Shown: positions 52,669-64,000 of the stretch, piece after piece
Position numbering within the stretch: the stretch's first letter is position 1
How the letters are laid out: each line of letters starts with the position of its first letter
Assembly (NCBI GenBank): GCA_963693365.1
Contig: CAVNZM010000002.1
Coordinates: 11,154,328-11,218,327 of the forward strand
Length of the DNA: 64,000 bases
Direction: 5' to 3'
From: Amoebidium appalachense
Taxonomy: Eukaryota; Protista; Ichthyosporea
Notes under the pieces: generated by a model
Databases searched by the model: none
Seen by the model: only the letters and a program-made list of their open reading frames with translations
What the model was told of the DNA's origin: nothing
Position numbers and translations under genes: made by a program

Positions 52669-53656
52669 GGGGGGGGGAGGGGAGGGAGGAAGGGAGGAAG
52701 AGAGAGATTGGGGGGAAAGGAGGGAGGGGGGGAAGGGGAGGAGGGAGGAAGGGACGGAGAGAGAGATGGGGGGAAGAGAGGGAGGGAGGGAGGGAGGGGG
52801 GAGGGAGGGAGGGGGGGATGGAGGAGGAGGGAGGGTGGGTGGGTGGGTGGGAAAGGGGGAGGGAAAGGGGGGGAGGGGGGGAAAGAGGGAAAGGCAGGGG
52901 GTGAGCGACAAAAGGGAAAGAGAGAGAGGAGCGGAGAGAGAAAGGGGAGTGTGGAGTAAGGGCGGGAGAGTGAGGATGATAAGGCGAGCGGGAGACACGG
53001 GAAAGGGGACAGGGGAGACGGGTAAGATCGATGTGCGATAGGTAAACATTTATACAAATGAGAAGGTAGTGGGGTGTGATTGGTGTGTTTGGTTGTTGTG
53101 CTTGTGGGTGTACGGCTGTGTGTGCTCGGTGGTGACCATGGTGGTGGTTGTGGTGGTGGCGGCGATATAGGCGAGAGGAGAGGGGGGGAAGGGGGGGACA
53201 AGGGAAGGGTGGCGGGTGCTGGTATACTAACCGAAGATGTGACACGACAAAACAAATATTTGTGCACATCCTCTTTGGACCCCACCCCCCCACCCCCCCG
53301 GCTCTTCATTATCCACGCACACACAGACACATGCACAGACAGGCACCCCTCCCCCCGCCCCCATCACACCCGCACGGGCACACGGACCTGTCATCCACCC
53401 CATACTGATACGATTGGTGACCGCTGGCAGTGGCGTAGATTTGCGTGTGTGCCCGCGAGCGCGCGCGCGTGTGTGTGTGTGTTGTGTGTGTGTAACATGG
53501 AGGGGGGGGGGGGGGGGGGGGGGGGGGGAAGACAATACCTTTTCGTATATTTCGATTGCTCGGTCGTACTTTTCAAGCTGGGCAGAGTACTGTGCCACCT
53601 TCAAGAGGGCCTTGTTTGCAGAGCTGTGTGTGTGCATGAGGTTTGTGTAGTGTTGG

Positions 53657-53753
<97 letters not shown>

Positions 53754-53799
53754 ATGTGTGTGTGTGTGTGTGTGCCTGAGGTTTGTGGATGTGTTGGTA

Positions 53800-53841
<42 letters not shown>

Positions 53842-55055
53842 ATGCACTCCCCACACACACACCCACACACACAATAAAAAAAAAGCCCCACCCACCCACC
53901 CACCCATACCCCCCCCACCCACCCCCCCTTCCCCCCCCCCAAAAAACACATACACACAGACACACACACACGCCCCTCCTTCCCTCCTGCCCAGCCCCTC
54001 CAACCCCTGTCCAGCCACTCCCCCCTCCCCCCCCCCCCCCCCCCCAAAACCCACCCGCCCACATGCACACAGCCACAAACCTATCTCCCCCCCCCCTCCT
54101 TCCTCCCTGCCCAGCCCCCCTCCCCCCCCCCCCCCAAAAAAAAAAAAAAAAAAAAAAACCCACCCACCCACCCACCCACACCCAACTACCCACCCACGAA
54201 CCCCCCCCCCTTCCCCCCCCCCCCCCACACCAAACCACTCCCCCCCCCCCCCCCCCCCCCCCCTTCCCCTTTTCCCTCCCCCTCCCTTTTCCCTCCCCCC
54301 CCCCCCCTCCCCCAAAAGAAAAAACCCCCGTCCTGCCACCACCACCATCAGCCCCCCCCCCCCATCCCCACCCACCCACCCACCCACCCACCCCCCCACG
54401 CACCCACGCACGCACCTGTTTTGGTCCTCCCCCAGGAACCAGTCAGCAGCCTGGCTGTAGGCCTCACATGCCTTCTCCAGGTCCACTATGTCGGTCTCGT
54501 AGATCTCCGCTATCACCATCTCTTGCTGCGCACATATGCATCAGAGATCGCCATCTAATCGGGATCTAATCGGTAATGATTGATCCACCAATAGCAGGGT
54601 GCGTTAAGATTACACTAGCCTCAAGAGCTTAGCCCACAGGGCCCCGCTGAGACTATACTAGAACTTTCCAGTAAATAAAAAAAAAGTGAAACAATAGAAT
54701 GTCATTGAATTTTGGAACGCAGCAATTTTGTTCCTGGTATATATTTACCGGCGAGGCGCGGGTGCACACTTGTGCCCATTTGCACTTTTGTGCTGAAACC
54801 TGCAATTGAGTACGTGTGCACGATGATCTAGGCAATATTGGCTCCAGGCATACACGTACACTTGTTCTACTACGTATATTAGCGTCCAGTAACACATAGT
54901 GTAAAGTGTGTGTATGTGTGGTTTGCGTCCGCACTTGAGCGCACATGCACGCATGTTTGTGTCTTTGCGGGTGCAGGCGGGCGTGTGTGCACGTCCGTGT
55001 GTACGCATGTTTTTGCATGCATCCATGCGGGCGGCACGCGCACGCGCACGCGCAC

Positions 55056-55096
<41 letters not shown>

Positions 55097-55238
55097 GCTC
55101 TGTGACCCACCTTGGCGGCCATAGTAAACTTGCCCATGTCAGTGTAGCACTCCACCGCCTGTGTGAGTGCAACAACGGCCCCTGAAGAAAATCCATGTGT
55201 AAGTTGATAATAGAAGGAATGGTGGTGGTGGTGGTGGT

Positions 55239-55291
<53 letters not shown>

Positions 55292-55675
55292 TTTGGGAAG
55301 AGGGGGGGGGGGGGGGGGGGTAATGCTGCACACATACGGATTTTAAGCTTACAACAGAAGTTGGGAAGGTCAAGGGGGGGAGGGGGGAGGGGGGGGGGGG
55401 GACGAGGGAGAACGATAGAAGTCAGGATAACTCGTTCAACAACAAACATAATCAGAAGTAATACTAGAAGCTCGACCAACATCCCATTGGGGCTAAGTGC
55501 CATTTACTGCAGCCTACATATGTGACTACTATTACAAGAAGAGTCGAACAAAAACCTCGATGGTTTTCGTTTTGCCGTGACATCGTAATGGCTCACTTCA
55601 AATAGGCAAACTGTGACAAATATGGCATATGCAATCCGACCTTGCAGCACTGGTGTTGATCCAAACTGCACTCAC

Positions 55676-55713
<38 letters not shown>

Positions 55714-55899
55714 CCACACACACACACCCCTCCCCCCACCCCTCACCCATGGCCCTCTTCTTCCCAAAACCCATACATACAGAGGCAGACAGGCAGTTAG
55801 GTAACAGGCAGGCACACACACACAATTCAAGGGACACACACACAGACACACAAACACACACAGGCAAGCAGTTAGGCATGCAGACAACACATACACAAC

Positions 55900-55964
<65 letters not shown>

Positions 55965-56861
55965 GGAAAGGCAGGAAGGACACCCACCCACCCACCCACC
56001 CACCCACCCACCCACCCACCCACCCACACACACGCACGCACGCGCGCGCACAGCACGTACCGTCAGCCCAGACCTTCTTGTATGCGGTTGCTGCATTGAT
56101 GTAGTTTGTGGCCGACTCGTGTTTGCTGCCTTCCTTCTGCAGCTCTGCTACCCGGGTGAAACAGTCTCCTGCCTCCCGCCCTGCCCCACACACAGGGTTA
56201 GCAACACAACCACTATACTATCCTCCTCCCCCCTCCCTCCCCCCCCCCCCCCCAGCCATCCCTCCCTCTCTTGCCCACCTCCCCCCCCCCCCCCCCCCCC
56301 CCTCCCCTTTCCCTTACCCTCCTCTTCTTCAAACGACACACAACAACACCCGGCCCGGTCGACGCCTCTTGCTAACTGAAAGCCCACCCGAGTGAAGAGT
56401 TCAAAGGAGGCATCATGTCGACAGCATAAAATAAGCAATACAGACACCATCGTAGAGTGATCTTAAACCATGGCGAAGGAAACGCGGGAGTGTACAAGTG
56501 GTATGTAGTGCGTGTGTCTTTGCTCTTCTGTACGTTCTACTAAGCACACATATGTCTTTGTACACCATAAGAGGTGCTTGCCTGTTTGCATGAGTTTGTG
56601 ACTGAGTGCATGTTGGTGTGCAAAAAAAGATTGGGGGGAGGGCGGGCAGGAAGAGAGAGGGGAGGGGGGAGGGGGGGAGGGGACCAGCAAGCACATACAC
56701 TTCTTGGCCATTTTGTACGCATTTGCAGCCTTTGTGAAGAGGTCTGCCGCCTCCTCGGTCTTGTTGCCGCCACCAAAAAATGAGAAGAAACCCCCCCCAC
56801 CCTGCAGCTTTTTCTCTGCCTGCTGCACAAACTGCTGCGCCTTGTCCTCCTGTGTTGCCAT
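50707..56861 (-). CDS. NAPA: Alpha-soluble NSF attachment protein (alpha-SNAP/Sec17), 8 exons, 291 aa
   Basis: Exons 56861-56699, 56180-56061, 55181-55111, 54525-54416, 53623-53539, 52589-52500, 51484-51398 and 50856-50707 total 876 nt: AEKKLQGGGGFFSFFGGGNKTEEAADLFTKAANAYKMAKKW..YTDMGKFTMAAK..IAEIYE..LLKWGAKEYYLKAGLC..EYDNMTRLDAWMTSILLRIK. Confidence 0.97.
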
Positions 56862-57934
56862 TCTGTCTACCTGTGTGTGTTTTCATGGGCGTAACAAGGG
56901 ACAGCCAAAACGGCCATCCAGGCGAGGGGGGGGGGGGGGGGGGGAGCATATATTGACAGGGTCATGAAAAGAAAAGCGAGAAGGGACATAGCTGTTTAAT
57001 TGTGTGTGTGTCTCCACAGTTCATAAGTGTACTTTTCTTTGAGAACCGAGAAGAAGGAACAAAGTATAAGGAAAGAAGGCCGGCGCAGGGTGAGTGGGAG
57101 AAGGGGCAAGCAGATGGCAAGAGGGGGGGAGGGGGGGGGGGGGGGGGAGGCACTGGAAGAACATGAAGAGAAGATCCAATTCACCAAAACAAGCATGCAC
57201 GTAATAATTGTACCTGCACGTTAAGATTTGGTTTCATACGTGGGTATTGCAACGCATGACACCACACGCTTGGCTTTCTGAACAGAATCTAGTCGTTTCT
57301 ACCCTGGTTGAGATCAGTGCCTGTGCAGGGTGTGTGTCCATGTAGATCTAGAGCAAAGTTGTTTCTCCTAATCGGCACTTGCGTTTCTCCGTGCATAACA
57401 TGCAATACAGGTCTTTAACAGCCCCAGAGTGTCACATCGATAGCGGGATTTTACAACCCAATCTTCAACGATCAAACATGATGCGTTGTCGAGTGGAATA
57501 TTACAAACCCAGTCTCCACGCCAACACGTATTGGCCACACATACACAGGGTATACCAAGCAGTATAATTCACAACCACATGCACCTTGCTCACGGGCACC
57601 AGCCCCTTCTGTTGTGTCTTCTATATATAGAGATGCCTAAAAAAGAAGTCAGCTCTGGTTTGCCACCTTATTTTTTTTTTTTTTTTGCTTTTGTGTGACG
57701 CGAGTGTGCCGGGCAGTTGGCCAAGCCAATTTGTTGACGTAAGAAGCTATTTTTAGAGCACGGTTTCATTGGCAAGATCATTTTGGCGCCACTACCATAT
57801 AAGGCTACACGTATGCTCTAGCTATTAGCTGATGTACAGTAGATTGGACATGATTAGCGCAAAATCCCCCCCCCCCCCCCCCCCCCCCCCCCTTCGTAAA
57901 CGAACACCCAGCGGGGCTAAGTTTGGGGGCACAC

Positions 57935-60152
57935 TTTACCGCAGATGCTACCCGTCCCGCAAAGCGTGTGGGCCGGACGGCATCCCTATGGCACTACTTA
58001 AGGTACTCATTCCACCCCGCCCCGAGAAAGACGAACAGCGTGGCCCGCCGCCACCCCTTACGTGTATTCTTAGCGAATTGTTTAGCTGGTATTCTGATGT
58101 CGGTAAAGTGCCCTCGGAGTGGCTGGACACCATAGTGTTTCCCATCAAGAAAACGGTTGCACGGGGTCCCATTCACGAATTTCGCCCTATCACACTTACG
58201 TCCGTCTTTCGCCGATTGTTCGAAAGTGGCCTTCTACAGGCCTTTTCTCGTAATCCCACCCTTAAGCAGGCTTCCCAGCTGAGCCCACTTCAGATCAGGC
58301 GGCGTTTCGGAATCTTACGCTCAAATTCTCACACTACACAACGCAACCCAAGGTGATACCGAGCACCTCGAGCTCGTCTTTATCGACTTCAAGAATGCGT
58401 ACGACACGGTCGACCTCCCTCGCTTGTGGGCCAAGTTGGCCACCCGCGGTGTCCCATCCCAAATGGGTCGGCTACTGGCAGCTATGTTTACGTTTACGCG
58501 CGGACGGGCGGTGGTTAATGGGCGGCCGTCCCCCCGGGATTTACCCGCACGCGCGGGGTACTACAGGGGTCCCTGCTAAGCCCACTTCCGTCAACCTGTA
58601 TATTGACGATTTGGCTGACGCCTTTTCTGCGGCACAAATTGACGGGGGGTTGCCTTCCAAGGCCCCACCCGCCCTCTTTTTCGCCGACGATATTGTGCTT
58701 ATGTCATCCGATCCTATCGAATTACGGCAATATATACGTGTGGTTGAACACTGGTGCCAGCGTAATGATATGAAGGTTAACGTGTGTTCCCTTTTATCAA
58801 AATCCATCCCAATCTGGGACGACGATTGTATTTTCGGCAGTCCCCTCCCTCGCCCAATCGAATGCAAGTATTTGGGGATTCCGGTGGACGAATGATGATA
58901 TGTTTCAAACGGATGGTCGACCGTCGTGTGGAGAGTGCAGGCAACGTCTTCGGTTATTTAGTAGGGATGTGTATCTTGCTAATCTTTCTAATACTGTACA
59001 CCTATATAACCGTCTTAGTATATTTTGCACATAAATTCGCCCTTTGTCTGAATACGGGTTGCCCTTGCTAGCTAGGCACCTCCTGATACTGTTGATAATG
59101 TCCTCCAATCAATGGTTCGATTCGTGTCAAAAGCCAGATTGCCAGATTGCCAGATTAAAAACCGCCTCGCCACAAATGGTTATTCGTCGATCGATCGAAT
59201 CGGAACGTAAAATTTTGATGGCATTCCAGAAAGGCTAGATTTCGGTCCGGTTCTTGTAGAGCTAAAATCTAGCTTTTTGGGTCAAGAAGGCACTTGCCAT
59301 TTTGCGCGGTAATAGAATATCTTGGCTTATCTTAATGAACAATAATAGTTTTGAAATATTATTTAAATAATTTTTATTTTGTTAAATGGGCATTTATTAC
59401 CAAGTTTTATGCATTTTTGAAAAGCTATACTAATAAGGCAAAACGCCTAGGATTGGATACGAACTTTATATGGTGCTGGCGTGGCCAATCGTAAGGCGCA
59501 GGGTCAATCTGGCAATCTGGGGGGGGGGGGGGGGTCGCCAGATTCTGGAATCTGGAAGAGGGGTCAAATTGAATCTGGCCTTAAATTTTTGTTTAAATTC
59601 TGGCATTCTGACAATCTGGCAATCTGGCTTTTCACACGAATCGAACCAATAGATGATTTCCACTGGGCTTCACAACTTGTTGTACGTTTCTCACTGATCT
59701 TTCCACAGGCCCTCCCAAGACGCCTTTTTGATTCTCTCTACGCACTCACACCACCATCACAACGCGTACACGAATTAGCCCTTAAATTTCACGAGCACAT
59801 CACCCGCCTGTCCGCTTGTGCCCCGGACCACCCGCTCTTCCGGCTACAAGCATCCCCGCCGGACTCCCCCCTCTACCTCTTCCCTTCCACATCGTCTCTG
59901 CCCATTGTCGAGCGTTATGCGGAATGGCTGGCGACCCCACCGGAGGTACGGCTAGATCATAGTGTGAATATGAATAGTTTCAAGTCTATGGCTGATAGAT
60001 ATCTTTTTACTCTACGTGTGGAGTCCCTTCCTGTGTTAGGACCGCAAAAACACCAACTATATATAGCTACTAGTAGCCTATATAGCTATATGGCGGATAC
60101 GGTTAGAGATCTAGAGAGAGTCTCGTTCCTACATAGATTCGTTTATTCGTAA
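57935..60152 (+). mobile_element. Degenerate non-LTR (LINE) retrotransposon, reverse transcriptase region, interrupted by a MITE
   Basis: KACGPDGIP..VPSEW...IVFPIKK..FRPITLTSVFRRLFE; FIDFKNAYDTV; LQGSLLSP; NLYIDDL; LFFADDIVL; KYLGI; SEYGLPL. Several frameshifts and stops. Confidence 0.9.
59114..59647. mobile_element. MITE, 534 bp, ~43-bp TIRs, 3-bp AAT TSD (PIF/Harbinger-group-like)
   Basis: Left end GGTTCGATTCGTGTCAAAAGCCAGATTGCCAGATTGCCAGA; right end reverse complement GGTTCGATTCGTGTGAAAAGCCAGATTGCCAGATTGTCAGA. AAT at 59111-59113 and 59648-59650. AT-rich non-coding interior. Confidence 0.88.
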
Positions 60153-61125
60153 TGTGGTGTGTTGTAAAAACGCAAAGATGATTATAATTATGGCTTGACG
60201 GTGTAATCGGTTTCTGGTGTCTCCTGCTCGTATGTGTAACATGTGTGGGGGGCGGTTTACTCGCGGATGCATATCTATCAATAATTGTAACATAATAGAA
60301 CCAGAGGTTGTTGGCGGTTTTATTCTCTTTTCTCCCTCTCTTCCTCAATATATCCGTTAAAAATGACTATCCTAGATCACCTTATTAATGCTGCACAGTA
60401 TGATATTGTGACACGGTGCCTTATTCACTTTCTTTCGGAGCTACCGACGCTAGCCTCTGCTTACCCATAATATGTAATAATAGGGGTGTCGTATGCTACG
60501 ATGGCGCTAATTGTTGCCTTGCATGTACATATGTCACTAGCTGCATTTGATTGGCTGCGCTGGAAAACACAGTAGGCCGTCGAGTGTGGCTGGGCCCCCG
60601 GCAGTGTCCACGGAATAAAAAGTGTGTAAACCCCCCACCCAGATCTTCGAACACACAGTAAAGTAAATAGCACTGACAGTAGAAAAAGCACAAGCAGGGT
60701 GCACGTGAGACGCACACACAGGAATCATGAGGCCCTTTTTCGGGACCGGGTGCCACTGCAATCTTTTCTATGTTTTTTTGCACCTCCGGTCACCGGTACA
60801 CGGCGGCAGTGTTGTATACATAGTCAGGACACCGGTAGTCCTTACTCGATAACCCATTGTTTATGTACATCATTAGTAAGTAACAAACCTCCCCCCCCCC
60901 CCCCCCTCCCCCCCCCCCCCCCCCAAAAAAAAAAAAAAAAAAAAAAAGCTATTGCCAGAGAATTGCCACATGCATAGGTATACGGCAAGAGCACCGCTCT
61001 GAGTCACTGATGGGCATAGAGATCGCAAAGCTGGCAACACATATCTTAGAACGCTGTGTATGACGTGGACAATAAATAATTACAGGGGCAGCCTAATACC
61101 ATCTATGCTAGTGTATCCTAAATTC

Positions 61126-61320
61126 CTACTCTGCTTGGGTGGTTGTGCCCGGAGCCTCTGCCGCCTCGAACTCCTTCTTTGCCTCCTCCTGCTTCTCTTC
61201 CGGCGCAAATTTGCACACGGCCATGTTGTCGCCCTCACGGTTGCGTGCAATCTCAATGGCATAGAACTGCACACGTGGCACTGTGTGTGTGTGTTTGTGG
61301 AAGTGTTTGTGTGTGTGTGT

Positions 61321-61354
<34 letters not shown>

Positions 61355-61415
61355 ATGTTGTGTGCGTGCGTGCATGCACGTGCATGTTGTGTGCGTGCGT
61401 GCGTGCACGTGCATG

Positions 61416-61470
<55 letters not shown>

Positions 61471-61676
61471 ATGTGTTTGTGTGTGTGCTGCGTGTGTGTG
61501 TGTACTTGTGCTTGTGTGAGGGCGCACACCTGTGTATTTGTGTACGCAAGTACCAAAACGGGGCAAAAGAGAATAAGAGTCAAGACAGCACCTAGGGCAT
61601 CACGTAGCTGTTTACAATGGCAATCAGGGATTTGACGTCTTTCTTTTTTTTTAGATACGTGAATGGGCTGGGGGCA

Positions 61677-61709
<33 letters not shown>

Positions 61710-62202
61710 GAGGCTGTGTGCAAGTGCACCTTCATTTAGCCTCCCCCCCCCCCCCCCCCCCCCCCCACCCCGGTGTCTTAGTGGTGTTGGTGTTGTTGCC
61801 GGGGTGGTGGTAGTGGTAGTGGTGCTGTGTGTGTATATGTGTGTTTGTATGTTTAATGGTGGCGGCGGGCGGGCGGGCGGGGTGGGGGTGGGTGGGGACG
61901 AAGGGGAAGAGGGGGGGAGGAGGGAGGGGGGAGAGGATGGATGGTGAGGGAAAGCAAAGACAGCAAACACAACACAACACGCAACATTACCGAATGTGGA
62001 GTTCTCTGGGCCGTAGTCATCTGTAGCATCGAGTCTGAGCATGGTGCCGTAGTTGAAGTCCTGCACCTTTCCTTCATAGCGGTTGCACAGGTCCCTCCAG
62101 GCCTCCTTGGAGCTGGGCGCCTTGAGTGTGTCCTCGTCAATCAGACGTACGTTGAGGTCCGGGAAGGTCTTGCGGAAATCGGCATAGATTTCATCGTCGA
62201 TA
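61126..62202 (-). CDS. PBDC1: PBDC1/YPL225W-family protein, last two coding exons (5' exons not identified, probably beyond the window)
   Basis: Exon 62202-61991 IDDEIYADFRKTFPDLNVRLIDEDTLKAPSSKEAWRDLCNRYEGKVQDFNYGTMLRLDATDDYGPENSTF is joined in phase to exon 61280-61126 VPRVQFYAIEIARNREG. Confidence 0.93.
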
Positions 62203-62895
62203 CTGTGTGTGTAGGGGGGGGGGGGGGGGTAAGGGATATGAGTTTTTTTGTTTTTTATTTTTATTTTATTTTTTATTTTTATTTTTTTTTGGGGGAGGGG
62301 GGAGGAGGTGGCCCGGCTAGAGGGAGGTGTAGGGGGGGGGGGGGGGGGGGGTTTGAATGCGTCAAAAAGTACGAAGTACACAAGAACAAACGGATAACAC
62401 GATGCAGAATGCAAGCCATACATAAAGAGTATGCATAATAAGCAGAGATCATCCTCAGGGGGAGCCCATGCCATCCACAGTACCCGAGTTTCCACCTATT
62501 CACCTCGTTAACGAAACCCAACTCAGATACTGTTTCACTGGGGGGCAGAAGAGATGGGGAGGGGGGAGGGGGAGGGGCGGGGGGAGGTTGATTGTGTTGA
62601 ACAAATCGAAGTGGTACAGTACAACGACAGACATACAGATATGCAAAATGAACACCACAAAGAATACAACCTAAGGAAAACCCTTCATCTGAAGGGGTAG
62701 GGGTGAGGAGTGGGGGGTGTTTGTTTTCAAGGTTGATCAACACGACTACAAAGATTCCAAATATATATATACGGAGGTGAACGCAATGAGTAGAAAGAAG
62801 AGAGCATGGAGAGAGACAGAGAGAAGGGGGCAGAGAGACACACATACATACACAAGAGAGAGAGAGAAAGAGAGAGGGGGGGGGGGGGGGGGGGG

Positions 62896-62973
<78 letters not shown>

Positions 62974-63185
62974 GAACGAGAGAGTATGTGTGCGTGTGTC
63001 CCTGTGTGTGTGTGTATGCGAAAGAGAAAGAGCGACAGGGAGGTTTTTTTTTTTTTTTTTTTTTTTGGGGGGGGGGGGGGGGGTATGTATGATGGGGGAG
63101 GGGGGGGGGGGGGGGAAGAGAGACGACTCGGGTGCCTCTGCATGTGCACCAAAAAACGTGTGGCCTGTGTATGCCCCCGTGTGTT

Positions 63186-63235
<50 letters not shown>

Positions 63236-63239
63236 TGCA

Positions 63240-63274
<35 letters not shown>

Positions 63275-63292
63275 ATGTATGTGTGTGTGTGT

Positions 63293-63324
<32 letters not shown>

Positions 63325-63800
63325 ATGTGTGTTTGTTGATGTGTGTCACATGTGTGTGTAGGTGCACAATCCCAAATCACACACGTGAGAATTGCTCAGA
63401 AAAATTCTGCATGCTTGTGTCGTAGCAGATGTGTGCTTGCATTCGTGAACATGTGTGGGCTTCCAACCACAGTGTGTGTCTGTGTCTCACTTGCACGGAG
63501 TATTCTGCGGCAGCACAAACAATCTCCCAGCCCTCTAGGTCTCGCTGTGGTAATGCTTCCTTTAAACACACTAGCATGCAACAAAATAAACAGTAAAAAT
63601 AACAGCCCACTGAACGGCCTTTCGTCAAAAGCATAAGATAGGCATTCCAATGACCCCCCTCCTCCCCCTTCCTTCCCCAACCTACCCCCTCCTCTCATAT
63701 ATAAAAAAAATCTCAGACAGACTGGCCCATTGTAACTTATCACTTGCTCGCCCCCCCCTCCCCCCCCCCCCCCTCCCCCTCCAGCCCCTCCTCCGCCCGT

Positions 63801-63836
<36 letters not shown>

Positions 63837-64000
63837 CAAAAAGAAAAGAAAAAAAAAAACACCACCCACCCACACCCACACCTGCCGACTGCTGGCTTTG
63901 CCACCTACCCACCCACCCATTGACCCTTCCATTACACACATACCCACCACGAAGAGATCGCTGACTTCATTTTGCCCTCCCCTCCCCTCCCCCCCCCTCC

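Noticed and set aside
62203-64000. Exon-like islands near 62480-62537, 63130-63165 and 63490-63545 as PBDC1 5' exons
   Set aside because: None translates to the expected PBDC1 N-terminal motifs in a compatible phase.

Overview
Eukaryotic, intron-rich genomic DNA. Introns are packed with (CA)n/(TG)n, (GA)n and long poly-C/poly-G tracts, so most of the supplied ORF track is repeat noise. I rebuilt the genes by hand from splice sites, checking reading-frame phase across each intron. Gene content (RA domain, TSP1, hevein-like modules, GH135) would fit a unicellular opisthokont such as an ichthyosporean; that is inference only. Contents: (1) a partial gene of at least 14 exons with a Ras-association domain and two helical repeats, probably a RasGEF (-, 1-10130); (2) RPS8 (+, 11256-14604) with a candidate intronic snoRNA; (3) a secreted mosaic protein, 3x hevein-like + PAN + TSP1 + spherulin-4/GH135 (-, 16832-25341); (4) a rearranged zone (28.4-49 kb) with a hAT derivative bearing TIRs and an 8-bp TSD, a broken secreted tandem-repeat gene plus an inverted partial duplicate, and an apparently intact spliced 1538-aa Mutator-like DDE transposase carrying a DEDDy 3'-5' exonuclease inside its catalytic core; (5) alpha-SNAP (-, 50707-56861); (6) a decayed LINE reverse transcriptase interrupted by a MITE; (7) the 3' part of PBDC1 (-). 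The most notable signals are the transposase-exonuclease fusion, the mosaic GH135 enzyme, and introns whose two halves carry complementary simple repeats. Family assignments come from remembered motifs; no database search was run.
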